The notes under the pieces were generated by a model. It saw only the letters and a program-made list of their open reading frames with translations, made no database searches and had not been told where the DNA came from. Positions 14,039 to 26,599 of a stretch of DNA of 64,000 nucleotides are shown here, one piece after another. Position 1 is the first letter of the stretch; each line of letters begins with the position of its first letter. The stretch comes from Welwitschia mirabilis (Eukaryota), in the NCBI GenBank assembly GCA_051453625.1, contig JBOZIK010000001.1, positions 22,671,822 through 22,735,821 on the forward strand, given 5' to 3'. Made by a program: the position numbers and the translations under genes.

Positions 14039-14856
14039 ATGGTGAGAAGCAAGCTAGCTACATCGAGGAAAGGGAAAGAGTTTGCTTTAGAGGAAGAATG
14101 GTCCATCTCTTTAGACCACAAGAAATTCTAGTTCCGTGGATTCAACAAAAGGCCTATTGCTCCTGAGAGGAAGATTGATTTTGAATCTTTTTGCTTAGTC
14201 AACTTCAACTATTCTACCAAATACCTTGGTTGTGATTTTTCATGAGTTGGGGTCAAAAATTGCAATGTAATAGAACAATTGTACCATTCTAGCTAATGCC
14301 CTAATGAAGGATTTTTTAGAGAGATTAACTCAGTTAGTTCCTTACAGAAGGTTGGATGTAGCAAAAATGTGCATGAGAGAGCAAATATCCCAACAAATCA
14401 ACTTAAACCGTTTTACTGAGTTGTATTTCAGATATCCACTCACAACTTAGTGCCGAAGCTGGGGCATAAGGATGAGGCGTCTCCACTATGTGCCTATATC
14501 TTGTACTTCATTATGTTCTACATCAGTCAGTTTTTGATAGCTAGTTATTCAAGCCACTTAGTTAAAGTACCCAAGCCACTTTGTATGTACTCTCTCAAGA
14601 ACATGAATATTTTTCAGATGTAGAAGGTTCTCTTCCTTCTCCTCCTCAAAAGAAGAAGTGTGCATCAAAAGGTACCAGTTCTAGTCTAGGGCTTGTGTGT
14701 AATGAAGACCTACTTCGTGCCATCACAGAGGTGAAAGACATGGCTCTCAAAGCACAGGCAACAATAGACAAAGTACACAAGAAAGTTGATTGTATAATTT
14801 TTGGTCTCTTAACATATGACCTAGACATTCCTCTTGGTTATGTTGAAGAGGAATAA
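14039..14856 (+). pseudogene. Disrupted extra ('env-like' / putative plant transposon protein) ORF of element 1
   Basis: Reads MVRSKLATSRKGKE...FNKRPIAPERKIDFESF...HNLVPKLGHKDEAS..., ending in ORF 14581-14856. Located between RNase H and the 3' LTR. Confidence 0.7.
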
Positions 14857-15375
14857 TAGGGAGAGTAGGATGCTGGCTTAGCTTATGACAATTCTTCTAA
14901 TTAAATGTCTACTCCTTTACTTTCTTCTTGTCCTTCCCTTTGTACTTGATATTCCTTTCCAAATCTCTGTATCAACTTTTTCTAATCATTTCCTTAGTTT
15001 GTGCTAGCATTTTGTAATCATTTTAGTACAAATCATTTTAATACAAATCATTAGTTATGCATTAACTTGTGTATGCGATTGTTTTTCACTAGTGACAATG
15101 GGGAAGAAATTATAAGCCCATAATATTAATTGGCATGTATCATTACAGGAACTACATATTTTAATTTTTATGACACTTTTCACATTTTTATATACCTATG
15201 AAGCTAACATGTGATAAACAGGAACTAGATATATCCTAACTTGTAGGAATTCAAACCCCTAACTAATTAAGGAGGAGAGCTCAAATTTAGGGGAGCACGG
15301 CAAGCTGAAATCAACCTTCTTGAGTTCCTGATCCCAACTTCTCATATAGTTTCTCATCATTAAAAAGACAGAGAT

Positions 15376-16474
15376 TATTGGAGAATTTTATTTCAATGAT
15401 GATTTATGATGCAACATCAGGAAATCGCAGCAAATCAACCACACTGAGGTGAACTAAGCATTCATCACGCTTAGACTTCTACCCTAATAAACTAGGACAT
15501 CCAGACTTGTAAACTAATTTTTGTACTGGGACGTCTAGCCTAATAAACTGGGACGTCTGACCCTATAAACTACTTTTCTATATTGGGACTTCCACCCTAT
15601 AAAACTAGGACATCCGACCCTGTAAGCTACCTTGTGAATTAGGACTTCTCTCTTGTGAAACTAGGACATCTAGGCATACTAGTAGATCTAAAGTACTAGG
15701 ACAGTTGGCCTATTATTCTAGGACGTCCGGAGCTATACTCAGTTTATCAAAAGTCAACTTTTAAAATTGAGACGTCCAAAATTTTTAGATGGGACATCCA
15801 ACCATGCACTCGTGGGCTCAGACAGTTATTCATTAAGAATGTTGGTTGGAGGACTTCAAGGCAACAACATCTATAATCTTCTCTAGCATGCTTATCAACA
15901 TCAATGACACTCTCTATAAAGTTTTCAACAACTATTTTTAGAAGAACTCTATAAATATATATTAATCTCTAGTCTAAGATACCACTCTGAGATTCTAAAG
16001 TAAAAAATTATTGTGAAATCATTTTGTACTGAAATAGTGTCATCCACATCTTTTGTACCACATTGAAAAATCCTCCTTCTTCAAAAGAACTCTCATTCTG
16101 ATTTTAATGTTGATGTACTGTGCAAATACTTAGACACCACACCATCAAACAAACTACATTGTATCATTCTAGAAATAGCTCAAGGAGTTGAGCTTGGCTT
16201 GACAACTAGAAGAAGATCCCTATGATAGGATTGTTGTATATAACCTTTGGTGAGAAGGGAACAAGAAGGCTAATAGTAGCTGCTGCCCTTGAAAGTGGAA
16301 TAGGCTTCAGGCTAAACCACTATAAAATCCTAGTGCACTTGTTCTTGTTTTGTTTTCTTAAGTTATGGATTATTGCTTTTATCATTTATATCTTTATCTT
16401 TATAATTTAAGTGTTCTAATCATAAAATTTTTAATATTACCCTATTCATCCCTCCTTGCCTAAAGATCCTAACA
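15376..16474 (+). repeat. 3' LTR of element 1
   Basis: Direct-repeat copy of 7670-8752, preceded by the PPT and followed by TSD AATCC. Confidence 0.9.
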
Positions 16475-17699
16475 AATCCATCTACGAGGGAACTATTGTA
16501 TATGCAAGTGAAGGGTTAAGTATAAATGATTAATGATTGGTGAAATTAGGGTAATCCATCTACAAATGCAAGTGATTGGTGAAATTAGGATAATTCATCT
16601 ACAAGGAGAACTATGGTAGATGCAAGTGAAGGGTTGCATCAGCTAATATTTTCATAGTTGTTAGGATATTACATATACCCTCAAACCATGGTTGTTGCAT
16701 CCCAAAAAACCTCTACTTGAAGTAGATCTTTTTTAGGGAATGAATAATCAATTATGTTCTTTTCATCCTTTAAGATTTATATGTGTGAGTAATGGTCAAC
16801 AATGATATTCTTAGCTCCCTATTTGTCAAGGATGTTCACGTAAAATGTTTGCATTAACACCAACCCATGGTTGTTTAAGGTTAATCATAAGTCTATTTAA
16901 TACAAACCTAATAACACTATGGTTGGTATGCACATAGCTTACAAAACCAAGTATGTAAATGTAGAACTTCTATAGATAGAATATAACAAACATGAGTTAG
17001 TCTTATAGCTAAGCTAAGCACCTACAAATACCTTCCTTGCAAAATACATGTAACATGGATGGTTATGGTCATCTTAGTACATTAAAATTGTACTCAATAT
17101 AGAGGTAAAAGCATATGCCAATATGAAGGATTTTAACTAATTCAAACCATGGAAAATATTAGTACTTTGTATGTACTCCCTCAATGTGTCATATTCTTGT
17201 CTTACCTCTATCCTAGTTCTGCTTGAATAAAGCATACTTCCTAGCTAGCTTTGATGGCATAGTTATTTTTAAGCAACTTTAAGGGGGAAAACTTTTTCTT
17301 TGAATGGTTATGAAAGGTGTGAAAGATTACATCTTTATGACAAGAAACTTGATTATAAAACCCAAAGACTAAAGAGATCAATGCATTGACTAAATAGAAT
17401 ACAAACCAAAGTCATAAGCAAAGGAAATCACATACTATATTTGTAGGTCTAAAGTGAAGTAGCTAATTTTTCGTATTAAGTTTATTAAAGTGAAGTAGCT
17501 AAGTTTTTGTAATGTTACTTTTATTCTATCTAAATCTAGGTCAAAAGCTGGAATTTCTTATTGTTACTATTCTGTTATCGAGGACTGCATGTTAATAAAA
17601 GTAGATATCTAAATCCACTAAAGGCTCACATTCCCGGTCTAATTCTTACTACATTTCTCCATTCCCAAATGATGAGAGAATAAAGAGCTAATTTGATCT

Positions 17700-20600
17700 T
17701 TATTCTTTTAAAACTCCTCCAATTGTATACCCTCCAAACCTTATACCCCAGAGTTATGAGTAGAAGTCTCCATGCAAAGCATTTTTTCCATCATTGCTAC
17801 CTTTCAAGCACAATTGTGTTTTCTTGAAGTTTAAAGCCTAGCAGACTCTCAATTATTTCATACAACTTCTTGTTATAGGTGCAATCAAGAACAATATAAT
17901 CAATAGTTCTATAATTATTACAGTAGGTAAACTCTCTCGGAACCATTATTCCCCTTTCTTGCAAGTAAGCTTTTGTAAGTAGCTTTTTTAATAAAACTTT
18001 ACTAAATGTGATGCTTAGGGGGTAGATAATCTTCTAATAATTGTTTAGAGAATTTGTTGAGGTGGGTGCACTATGTTGTCAGCATTTTTCATTATATACT
18101 TTCATGTCTCCTCCTAATAATGTTCAAAATCACAATTCTTAATTTTGTTTTCAACAACTTTCCACATTAGGAATGCATGAATAATTTTTGAACAGTCTTT
18201 AAACTTCAAACCATCATATAAGTATTATCGTTTTATGATTTTAATCCATGGTTTATTAAGGTTATGAACCTGTGAAACTAACTTTCCTAATAGAGCCATA
18301 TTAAAAGATAAAAAATGTCTAAGACCCTTCCTCCACTAAATTTGTCCCTACATACCTCATCTTAATACAAATTATGTAAGGACTATTGCTCTCCTAATTT
18401 CCAAAGGGATTGTCTTTTAGCCTTCTCGATGTACTTGATGATTGCAAGTAGGAACGTAAAGCAGGACACAAGAAACATGGATAGACTCTGAAGATCACTT
18501 TAAAATAACCGGATTCTCTTCACCTAAGATAGAATTCTTAACTTTTCATCCATTTAAGCATTATTCCACTTTAAACATCACCTCCTCCCAATGAATTTAA
18601 TTCATCTAATTTAAAAAAGAGGCATTTCCACGTATTTTATAGTAAATTCATCCAAAGCACAATAGAGTTGATTATTTTACTTGTCTACAGTTGCCACCTT
18701 TATACCAAAGCTATAAAGTTTGTTCTTTGTAAAATTCACTTTTAACCGAGAGGCTTCTTCGAAATCAACATTGTTTGATAATTTGCACTTGATCTTCTTC
18801 TATTCTTAAAAATTAAAATATATCATCCGCAAACTGAGAATGGCTAAAAAAATGCAGACCTTATGTTGGCTGAATTCCCTTTAAGCTAATTTCATGTGCC
18901 ATTTTCTTTAGTGAGTTTCCAAAAACTTTCATGGCCAAAAAAAACAAAAAATGGTGATATTGGATCCACTTGCCTTAAGCGATTTGTGGGGGAAAACAAT
19001 TTGTTAAGTAGTCCTTGATCCTCAAGGCATAGCTTACACTCGAAATATAAGCCTTATTTTTTTTGAATTTAATGAGGTATAAAATTCATTTATTCCAATT
19101 TTGATTTGATGTACCTCCCATATAATCCATTGTAGGCCTTACTTAGATCAAGTTTTAAGGCTAAATTAGCTTCATTCTTTTAAGTTGTAGGATGCACAAT
19201 CTCATGAATAAGGATTACTTGATCTAGAATAATCCTTTTTCAACAAAGCTTGCTTACTTGTGTTGTACCAACAAAAGCATAATACTTTACATTTTGTAGC
19301 TAAGAAACGTGAAAAAGGTTGTGTATATAGTATTGCACAAACTAATTATCTTAAAATCAATGATTTCCTTAGCATTTTTCTTTTCAAGAATGAGAACGAT
19401 AGAGTGATAATTAATCTCTTCCAAGATTTTTCCTATTCTCCAAAATTCACAAATAAAATCATAAATAGCCTCCTAGATTTCATTCTAGAAAGCTTTAAAA
19501 AAATATTTCTAAGGCCATTAAGTCCTAAATTGTTTCCATTTAGCATTGAGGAAAAAATAATGCCTTTGAGCTCTTCTCTTGTTGAAAGTGCATTCAAAAT
19601 ATCCTTCTGATGTAGCTGGATCTTCTCAATCATGTTGTTGTATAACTTACTAGCCTTTGAAACATTAATTTTAGTATTTGCTACTAGACAACTTCATAGG
19701 AATCTACTATCATCATCTTCATCTACTCAAATCTGTAACCCAATCAACTAATGAGTTCTTAAAATCTGCTATTCTGTTTTGATGTTCTCTTCCAAAAGCA
19801 TAAGCATGGAAACTCCAAGAAGAGCTTTCTTTTTATTTAATATATGTAGTTTCTAAAGAGCATTGAGTGCCTTCTTTCAAAGATCATTGATCCTTCCTTA
19901 AATGTTAATCTTATTCTATAAATCTTATTCTATATTTCTTATATCTCTTGAAAGCTTTCTTCCTTCAAAGTCTTCCATTTTTTTTTATTTTTTCCAATTT
20001 AATCACCTGATGTTGGACTTTTTTTAAATTTTTAAACTGACTAAGGTTATGTCATCTCTTTAAAACTTCTACTAGAAATATTTTTAATTATACTTTGGAT
20101 CATTATTTCATTTGGTCCATGGCATTCCCACCTAAAGGTTTCTAGAAGATGATGCCTATTTTTTGTTTCTAGGAATAAAGGTCAGTGATCAAATTGAACT
20201 CTTAGCAATCTTTTAGAAGCCTTGGCACAAAATCATTAGATCCATTCAAGAGAGGTTATAATTTGATCTAATTTATACCAAATTCTATTAGCCCCTTTCA
20301 AATTATTCTCCCATGTATAAGGACAACTTGGAATACTATTATCTCTCAAACTAGCATTTCTAATAGCATCTAAGGCCACTTTATCCCTTGTTTTTTGCTT
20401 TCTTATTCTATACTTCTTCTCTCTTTTAAAAGCTTTCTTCCTTTAAAGTATTCCATGTTGTTTGCTTTTTTCCCATTTAATTACTTCATGTTAGAATTTT
20501 CTTAAATTTTTTAACCAACTTTAAATTAAGTTGTCTTCTTTTTAAAACTTCTACTAGAAATATCTTTAGCTATATGTTGGATCTTTATTTCATTTGGCCG

Positions 20601-22250
20601 ATGGCATTTTTACCTAAAGGTTTCTAGAAAAAGATGTCTATTTTTCATTTTTGGGTTTAAAGGCTAGTGATCAAATTGAACTCTTAGCAATCTTTCAGAA
20701 GCCTTGATAGAAAATCATTAGATCCATCTAAGAGATGCCATAATTTAATCTAATTTATACCAAAGTTTGTCAGCCCCATTCCTATCATTCTCCCATGGAT
20801 AAGGACAACTTAAAATACTGTTGTCTATCAAATTAGCATTTCTAATAGCCTCTAATGCCATCACAGTTCCTATATTCCACTAATTGTCCCGTCCAAATTT
20901 CTCATTCTATCCTAGACCACTATTCGAATTTTGAATCACTAGAAGATGATACTTAATTGAAAGAATGACATCTTGTGTAGGGTGGGGGTTGGAGGGATGG
21001 GAATCTAGCCAAAATTCCTACTTACCTTAACTTATGACTAATCTATAAATGTTAATGAAAATCCATCTTAATTCTATCTTAAATTTGATTATTAGTATCT
21101 AGTTCTTTGAACTAAAGTAATTAGAAAATCCCTTCTTCATGCCATCCGTTAATCTCTTGAGTAGTCTTGAGCTTACTGATTAACAAAACCACTATCAAGA
21201 AAGATTTAATAAATCACATGAATGGTTTGATCCTCAATTCTTGTTTTTGGTTTTTTAAACGAAAAAAGTAATTGTAACTTACAAATGCCATTAGTCTTTA
21301 ACTATGAATTGTCATAAGGGATTATTCAAATCTCTCATGTTCCATGTAAGAAGCCTCATTATTGCTTGCATAACATGGCTCCTCCTAGGCCCATATTTTT
21401 CTTGTTTTCAAAATTAGTAGATCTTGTTGCTTTCTACTTTAATTTCTAAAGGGTTATTAACAAATATGATTCATAAAATCTTCTTTTCTTTACCCTTAGA
21501 TTTAGTTTTATGTAAAGTTTGAATTTCTTTAGCCATTTAGTCTTCTAATGTTTCTTTACTATATCAACATCTTCCACATTCCCCTTCTATGTTTCACCAT
21601 CATATAAGTTTTAAATTTGGTTCTATGCTACATTCTAGTGATTGTAACACAATCTTATTTAATCTGATGGAATTTTTTATTTCTAGTTTTAGATTGTCAA
21701 GCTATAGTAGCCCCCGTATTTGTACTTTTAAATTGCAGTTTTCTTATGCTAGCTCTTGTAATTTCTTTTCAAAATCTTGAATTAAGGATTTAGTAATTCT
21801 AACAAATTGTTGGTAATATTTGTGTGATTCCAGAATGATATATTTACTTCGAAAGCTATGGGTTGATCTATTACTAATCAAGGGATTCAATCTTTTAGTT
21901 ATTAGTTTCAATAGAATTCCTTCAAATTTTGTGCCTAAACACATCCCCTAATCCAAGTATAGGATGTCTCTTTTCTAACTCAACTTATGACTGACCTTAG
22001 TACATCTGTCTAGCATATGTTTAAGGTCCTTTAAAATTACTTCCATAATCTTCACAACGCTCAAAAAGTCATTCATGGAAATCATAACTGATTCCCCAGT
22101 ATTCTCCTAAAGTATCCATTATCAACCTCAGAAAGATTGCAAGAGCATTGTAAAATATGAATAACCTTGGGTGACAATCTAGCATAGCTATTAGAGAAAC
22201 AGAGATACATCAAATAAGGTAATTAATTAGTAGACGTGTACTGAGCATGT
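17700..22250 (-). mobile_element. Near full-length degenerate L1 LINE (ORF1 remnant, APE endonuclease, RT)
   Basis: Minus strand: WIFINIY (~21060); NLID...YPWENDRNG...LD (endonuclease, ~20750-20835); LALKLDLSKAY (~19135-19170); LRQVDPISP (~18955-18980); SQFADD (~18822-18838). Ends approximate. Confidence 0.85.
19923..20860. repeat. Tandem duplication (~478-bp period) inside the L1
   Basis: 19923-~20380 aligns by eye to 20401-~20860. Confidence 0.85.
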
Positions 22251-23199
22251 GTGACTAGAACAACACACATCAATGTGGTTGCTTACCACTAATCTGCTAG
22301 TCTGGCAAATGGCCCCTCTGATGATATGAAAAGAACCCCATGGGAAAATAATAGTTTTGCTCTAGTTCTTCTTAACTATATAAAAGTTTGGTCATAGCAA
22401 CTAAAAATCATTAAGAAATTTATAGTAAGAATTTCCTAATAATGTAGCAAATACTTGATTAATAAAGACACAAAAAAATGATTGTTGAAGGCGGTATTGT
22501 GTAAGACTTGAAAACCTATACATATATTTCACTAGCATGTTTCCTTATTAAGTGTCACAGGGATGAATCTCTGCCACTCACTAGTTGTTATTGCATACAT
22601 AAAATTCATAACCAAAAGCCTCAAAACGTTATCTCTAATGGTATTAATCAATTTTGAATTTAGATTCTTAATGAGAATCTTTTTAGTCTAATGTTGGGGA
22701 CATTGTAAATACAATGTTAAGAATAAGAGTTAACACCACTTTACTCCTTATATTATCAAGCAAACTTCTCTATCAATAGGTTATAGAACTTATCCTTGAA
22801 CAATCCCTTCAAATTAGTGTTAATGATGACAAGCTTATCAACATTAAGGAAGAAATTATTCAAACCACTTAAACATCGTTTGAGCTCTAATATCTTCCTT
22901 GACTCTAACTTTTACAAAATTGAAGGAACTTCACTTGTGCACATCCATTTCCACATTCTTCCTTCTATTAAATGCATTTGAATGTTTAGGAATCAATGTC
23001 GCCTCCATTGATTTTCATGATTCATACTTGATGTCCTTAGTCTCATTATTAATTGATTGTGCAAAAGGATCAAGAAACAAGATATTAAGTAAGGCCTTTA
23101 TTAATTCAAGTATTTTAATTATTTAAGTAAACATGTCTCCTTGTAAAAATATAAAGTCAAACTGAAGAGTAGACCTAACATTTTATTATGTCTAGAAAA

Positions 23200-25450
23200 G
23201 AATCATAGGATCTATTAGATAGGATTAATGTACATGTTAAAAATTTCTCGGATAGTTTTAATGAGATATTATAAAGTGACAACAGGTAGTTGGAATAGAT
23301 CATATAATGTGGACACTACAATTGCCCATTGACATCTTAGAAAACCAATGAGAGGAAAATTAGGAAAAATAGGATTTTCATATTCAAGAAATCCAAACAA
23401 ATAAATCCTACAACTGTGAGATTATCAAGGAATTTTAAACTATCTATCTTTCTCTATCCACAAGAGTTGAGAACTAACTAGCATCCTACTAATCAAACCT
23501 CTAATTCTAATTGGAATTTTGGCAATAATGTGAATCTTAGTCAAGAGGTCCTCTATGAATCTATTTAATATAAAATTTCTTCTGTCCTTATGTTTAACCA
23601 AAGATCTAAAAGCACTTTACTTTTAATCATATGATGAATATTCTCTATACCACACTGTAAATCTTCCAACTTGATGTTTGAGTTTCTCAACAATTCTTTT
23701 TCTTCCTAGAACCATTATTTTTCTTAGGTAGCTTCTAAGATTTCATTATAAAATTTCATATCTAGTGTATTCTTCTGTCCTCAACACATAAACAATAAAT
23801 TAACACATCATTTTGACTTGCAGTGAAGCACATGTACTTCCATTAACATAATATGATAAGGCATATAAGCCTTAATCTAAAATTTAGAAGTCAAAAACTT
23901 CTTTTGGATTGTTTCAAGTTGCTTCCATCAATTTTTTTTTTTTTTTTTTTTTTTTGTCAAGCATACTTCCAACACTACATAGCTATAGATTCTTACGAGG
24001 CTAAGCCCAAATCCCTATAATTTTCATTTATTTTCTTATAGTTCTTTCTTGGACACATTTGTCCCACTTGTAGTTATGGAAATAACAAAGACACAAATAT
24101 TTATGAGAACATAATATTTCAAGTAGCCTATCCTATATCTGAACTCATAATTAGTGTTTCTAGTTTCACAATAAAGAATTTTGGTTTGTCAACATTTATC
24201 TTCATATTGCTTATAATAAAAAAAATTATCCTATACCCATAGCATGTGTTTCATACGTTTTCATTAATGTAAATATTAAGGTTGTATCATTAGCAAAGAG
24301 AAGAAGATTAATAATAAAATGCCTAATTTGAACGAAATGTTCCATGAGTACCTTTCATGGCCACTCTTCTAATTAGTCTATGAAAATGTCAATCAAAATG
24401 GGAGACAATAGATACCTCTAGTTTACTTCCTTTCACTATGAAGTTCAATAAAATTCTTTGATCTATCATCTTTAATTTCACTAATAATCTTTCATACAAC
24501 CTCTAGATTATTACAATCATGTTATGAGGAATGAAGACTTTACTAGCCATTGCCAAAGTTTACTTCCTATAACAAAATCATATGCTTTCGAAAACTCCAC
24601 AAAGCAAATGAAAGTTTTTCTTTTAGGTTCTTTTGTGGAATCAATGCAATATTAAGAGTAAGCAAATTATCAAGGGTGGAGTGATTTTTTGGAAATCTTT
24701 CTTGCGACATATGTCTTACCATATCATCCTCTAATGATTTACGACTAGAGATAAATATTATTGAAAGTATGCACAATGCTATAAATCTAGGCACTAAAAA
24801 CACTAGGAATGAAAAAATGTTAATCTAAAAATTATCTTTAATAATTTATTTTGAAAACGTAGAAGCTTACTTAAGAACTAGTTATGATGTTAGGTCTTCA
24901 ACCAATTTAATTCAAATTGTATTACTAAGGCAAAATCTTAATAAAGATCAACCTTGAATACTTGAAGTTAAAGATTGACTCATTGCTACTATAAAGATAT
25001 TATACATGTTTAAGATGTTAAAATAGCACTTATTTCTAAGTGTTGCTACTATTGTAGTACATGTTCAGCTACATATACTAGAGAAAGAAGTAGATAAATA
25101 CCATTTCTTTTGAGTAATGTTATAACAAAAATAGCTTGAATGATAATGTTTCATCTTTTCATTTGTAACAATGTTGCAACACAAACACATCCCTTAGCAT
25201 GGAATAGTATGCTTGAACATTGAATAACTAAGATAAATTAGTGTTTTCTTTTTAGGTATCACTAGAGCTTGATGCCTATGTTTCCTTTTTAGAAGCAGTG
25301 GAGCTTCAATAAACTTCCTAGGCAGATCTCTTGCAAACCATCATTTCTAGTTTCCTTCCTTGTCAAAATATCCCTTTCTGAAATTAGCCACTCTTCTTTA
25401 TAACCCACTCCCTAGTTTCTTAGTAATCATCTCCTTTTCTTTCTTTTCAA
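23200..25450 (-). mobile_element. Degenerate non-L1 LINE (RTEX/CR1-L2-like) RT
   Basis: Minus strand: F.KNHSTLDNLLTL...SFRK (ORF 24567-24803); GVN*RYLLSPILIDIFID (~24375-24430, cf. GVKQGCPLSPTLFG.FID); LLLFANDTTL (~24280-24310); C-terminal SS.L and C..C...E.E...CP.Y remnants (~23300-23490). Confidence 0.75.
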
Positions 25451-25740
25451 AACTAGTGGTGTTGATTAGGTGATTCCTAAATTTTAGCCTATCCATTCTA
25501 TTATTTAGCCTTGTTCCAAGTGGAAATTGTATCTATAATAGTTGTTTTAATATTTATTCATAACACTAACTACTAACATACTAACATAAAAATTACTATT
25601 TAACTTAAATGATATGTTGAACTTTAAAATTAACTTAGCCTAAAAAATAATTATTATAAGTTAAAATTGTGCATAAGATTTCTTGTTCATTAGTTGCCCC
25701 CATGCTCAAAATTTTGTTAGTCCTTAACAAAAGTATAAAT

Positions 25741-26474
25741 CATACTTATACGGATTGGATCTGAATCATGATCTAGATGATTTTGGATCGCGATTCTAGG
25801 AAAACTGCTCTAGACCAGTGCTGGATCACAATTCCCCATGAATCAGGATGCGAAGATTGCACATCATGATCTAGAGTGATTTGCTCCATGTCGCTATCCA
25901 GAGTGATCTAGAGCTATTTAGATCCCCTACTTAGTTTAATTCATTTTTTGATTAAAATGTGAAATTGTTTCATCCTCTCACATATTTCTCATTCTAATGG
26001 TTTGTATTTTCCATTGAAATAGTGAAAGAATACAATAGAAATAATTTTAAAAAAAATATTTGATCATTTCAAAACAAATTTAAAAAGGTTTTTTTTTGGA
26101 ATGTTTCTAAAATAGNNNNNNNNNNNNNNNNNNNNNNNNNNNNNNNNNNNNNNNNNNNNNNNNNNNNNNNGTAGTGATGCTTAGTAAAAGTTTAATGTTT
26201 TAAGTGATATAATATTCAATTGCCCAAATGCACTCCTTTAAAATAATAAAAAACATTGAGAGTATATTGTATCCGTAACTTATGATGATCATAATTGCAA
26301 AAATATCAACACAATTGCAAGAATGTGTTTAAAAAAATTACTATATATTCATTTTCATATTTTTAAAGGTTCGTAATTCGGAGCAATCTATAGTCCACTC
26401 TAGAGTGACCTGGTGATTCAGAATCTCCAAAACCAAAAAGTAATCCGTGATCTGCTTTGATGCATGCAATTATG
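25741..26474. mobile_element. Non-autonomous hAT element (MITE-like)
   Basis: Perfect 8-bp TSD GTATAAAT (25733-25740 and 26475-26482). Degenerate TIRs CATACTTATACGGATT and rc CATAATTGCATGCATC. GATC-rich subterminal repeats on both sides. Confidence 0.75.
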
Positions 26475-26599
26475 GTATAAATACATATTATATAATTTCT
26501 ATTTTCTAGCCCTTTTATTAACTATAAAAGGTTAGTATTCCTCTGAATTTGATTCCACCATCTATCTAGCTTTGAGTTGACTTCCTCTTATTCTATTTA

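Larger units (their letters stand above)
7670..16474 (+). mobile_element. Full-length degenerate Ty1/copia LTR retrotransposon, Sirevirus (SIRE/Maximus)-like (element 1)
   Basis: LTRs 7670-8752 and 15376-16474; TSD AATCC (7665-7669, 16475-16479); PBS TGGTAACAAAGC (decayed tRNA-iMet type) 8755-8766; PPT at 15362-15374. Gag has UBN2-like sequence and two zinc knuckles (CYECKGFGH ~9690, CYYCNK ~10300). Order is PR-INT-RT (FQMDVKSAFLNG)-RH, then an extra ORF. Confidence 0.95.

Noticed and set aside
22700..23150. Possible hAT transposase C-terminal remnant on the minus strand (DKLVIINTNL)
   Set aside because: Only one weak motif, too decayed to support a call.
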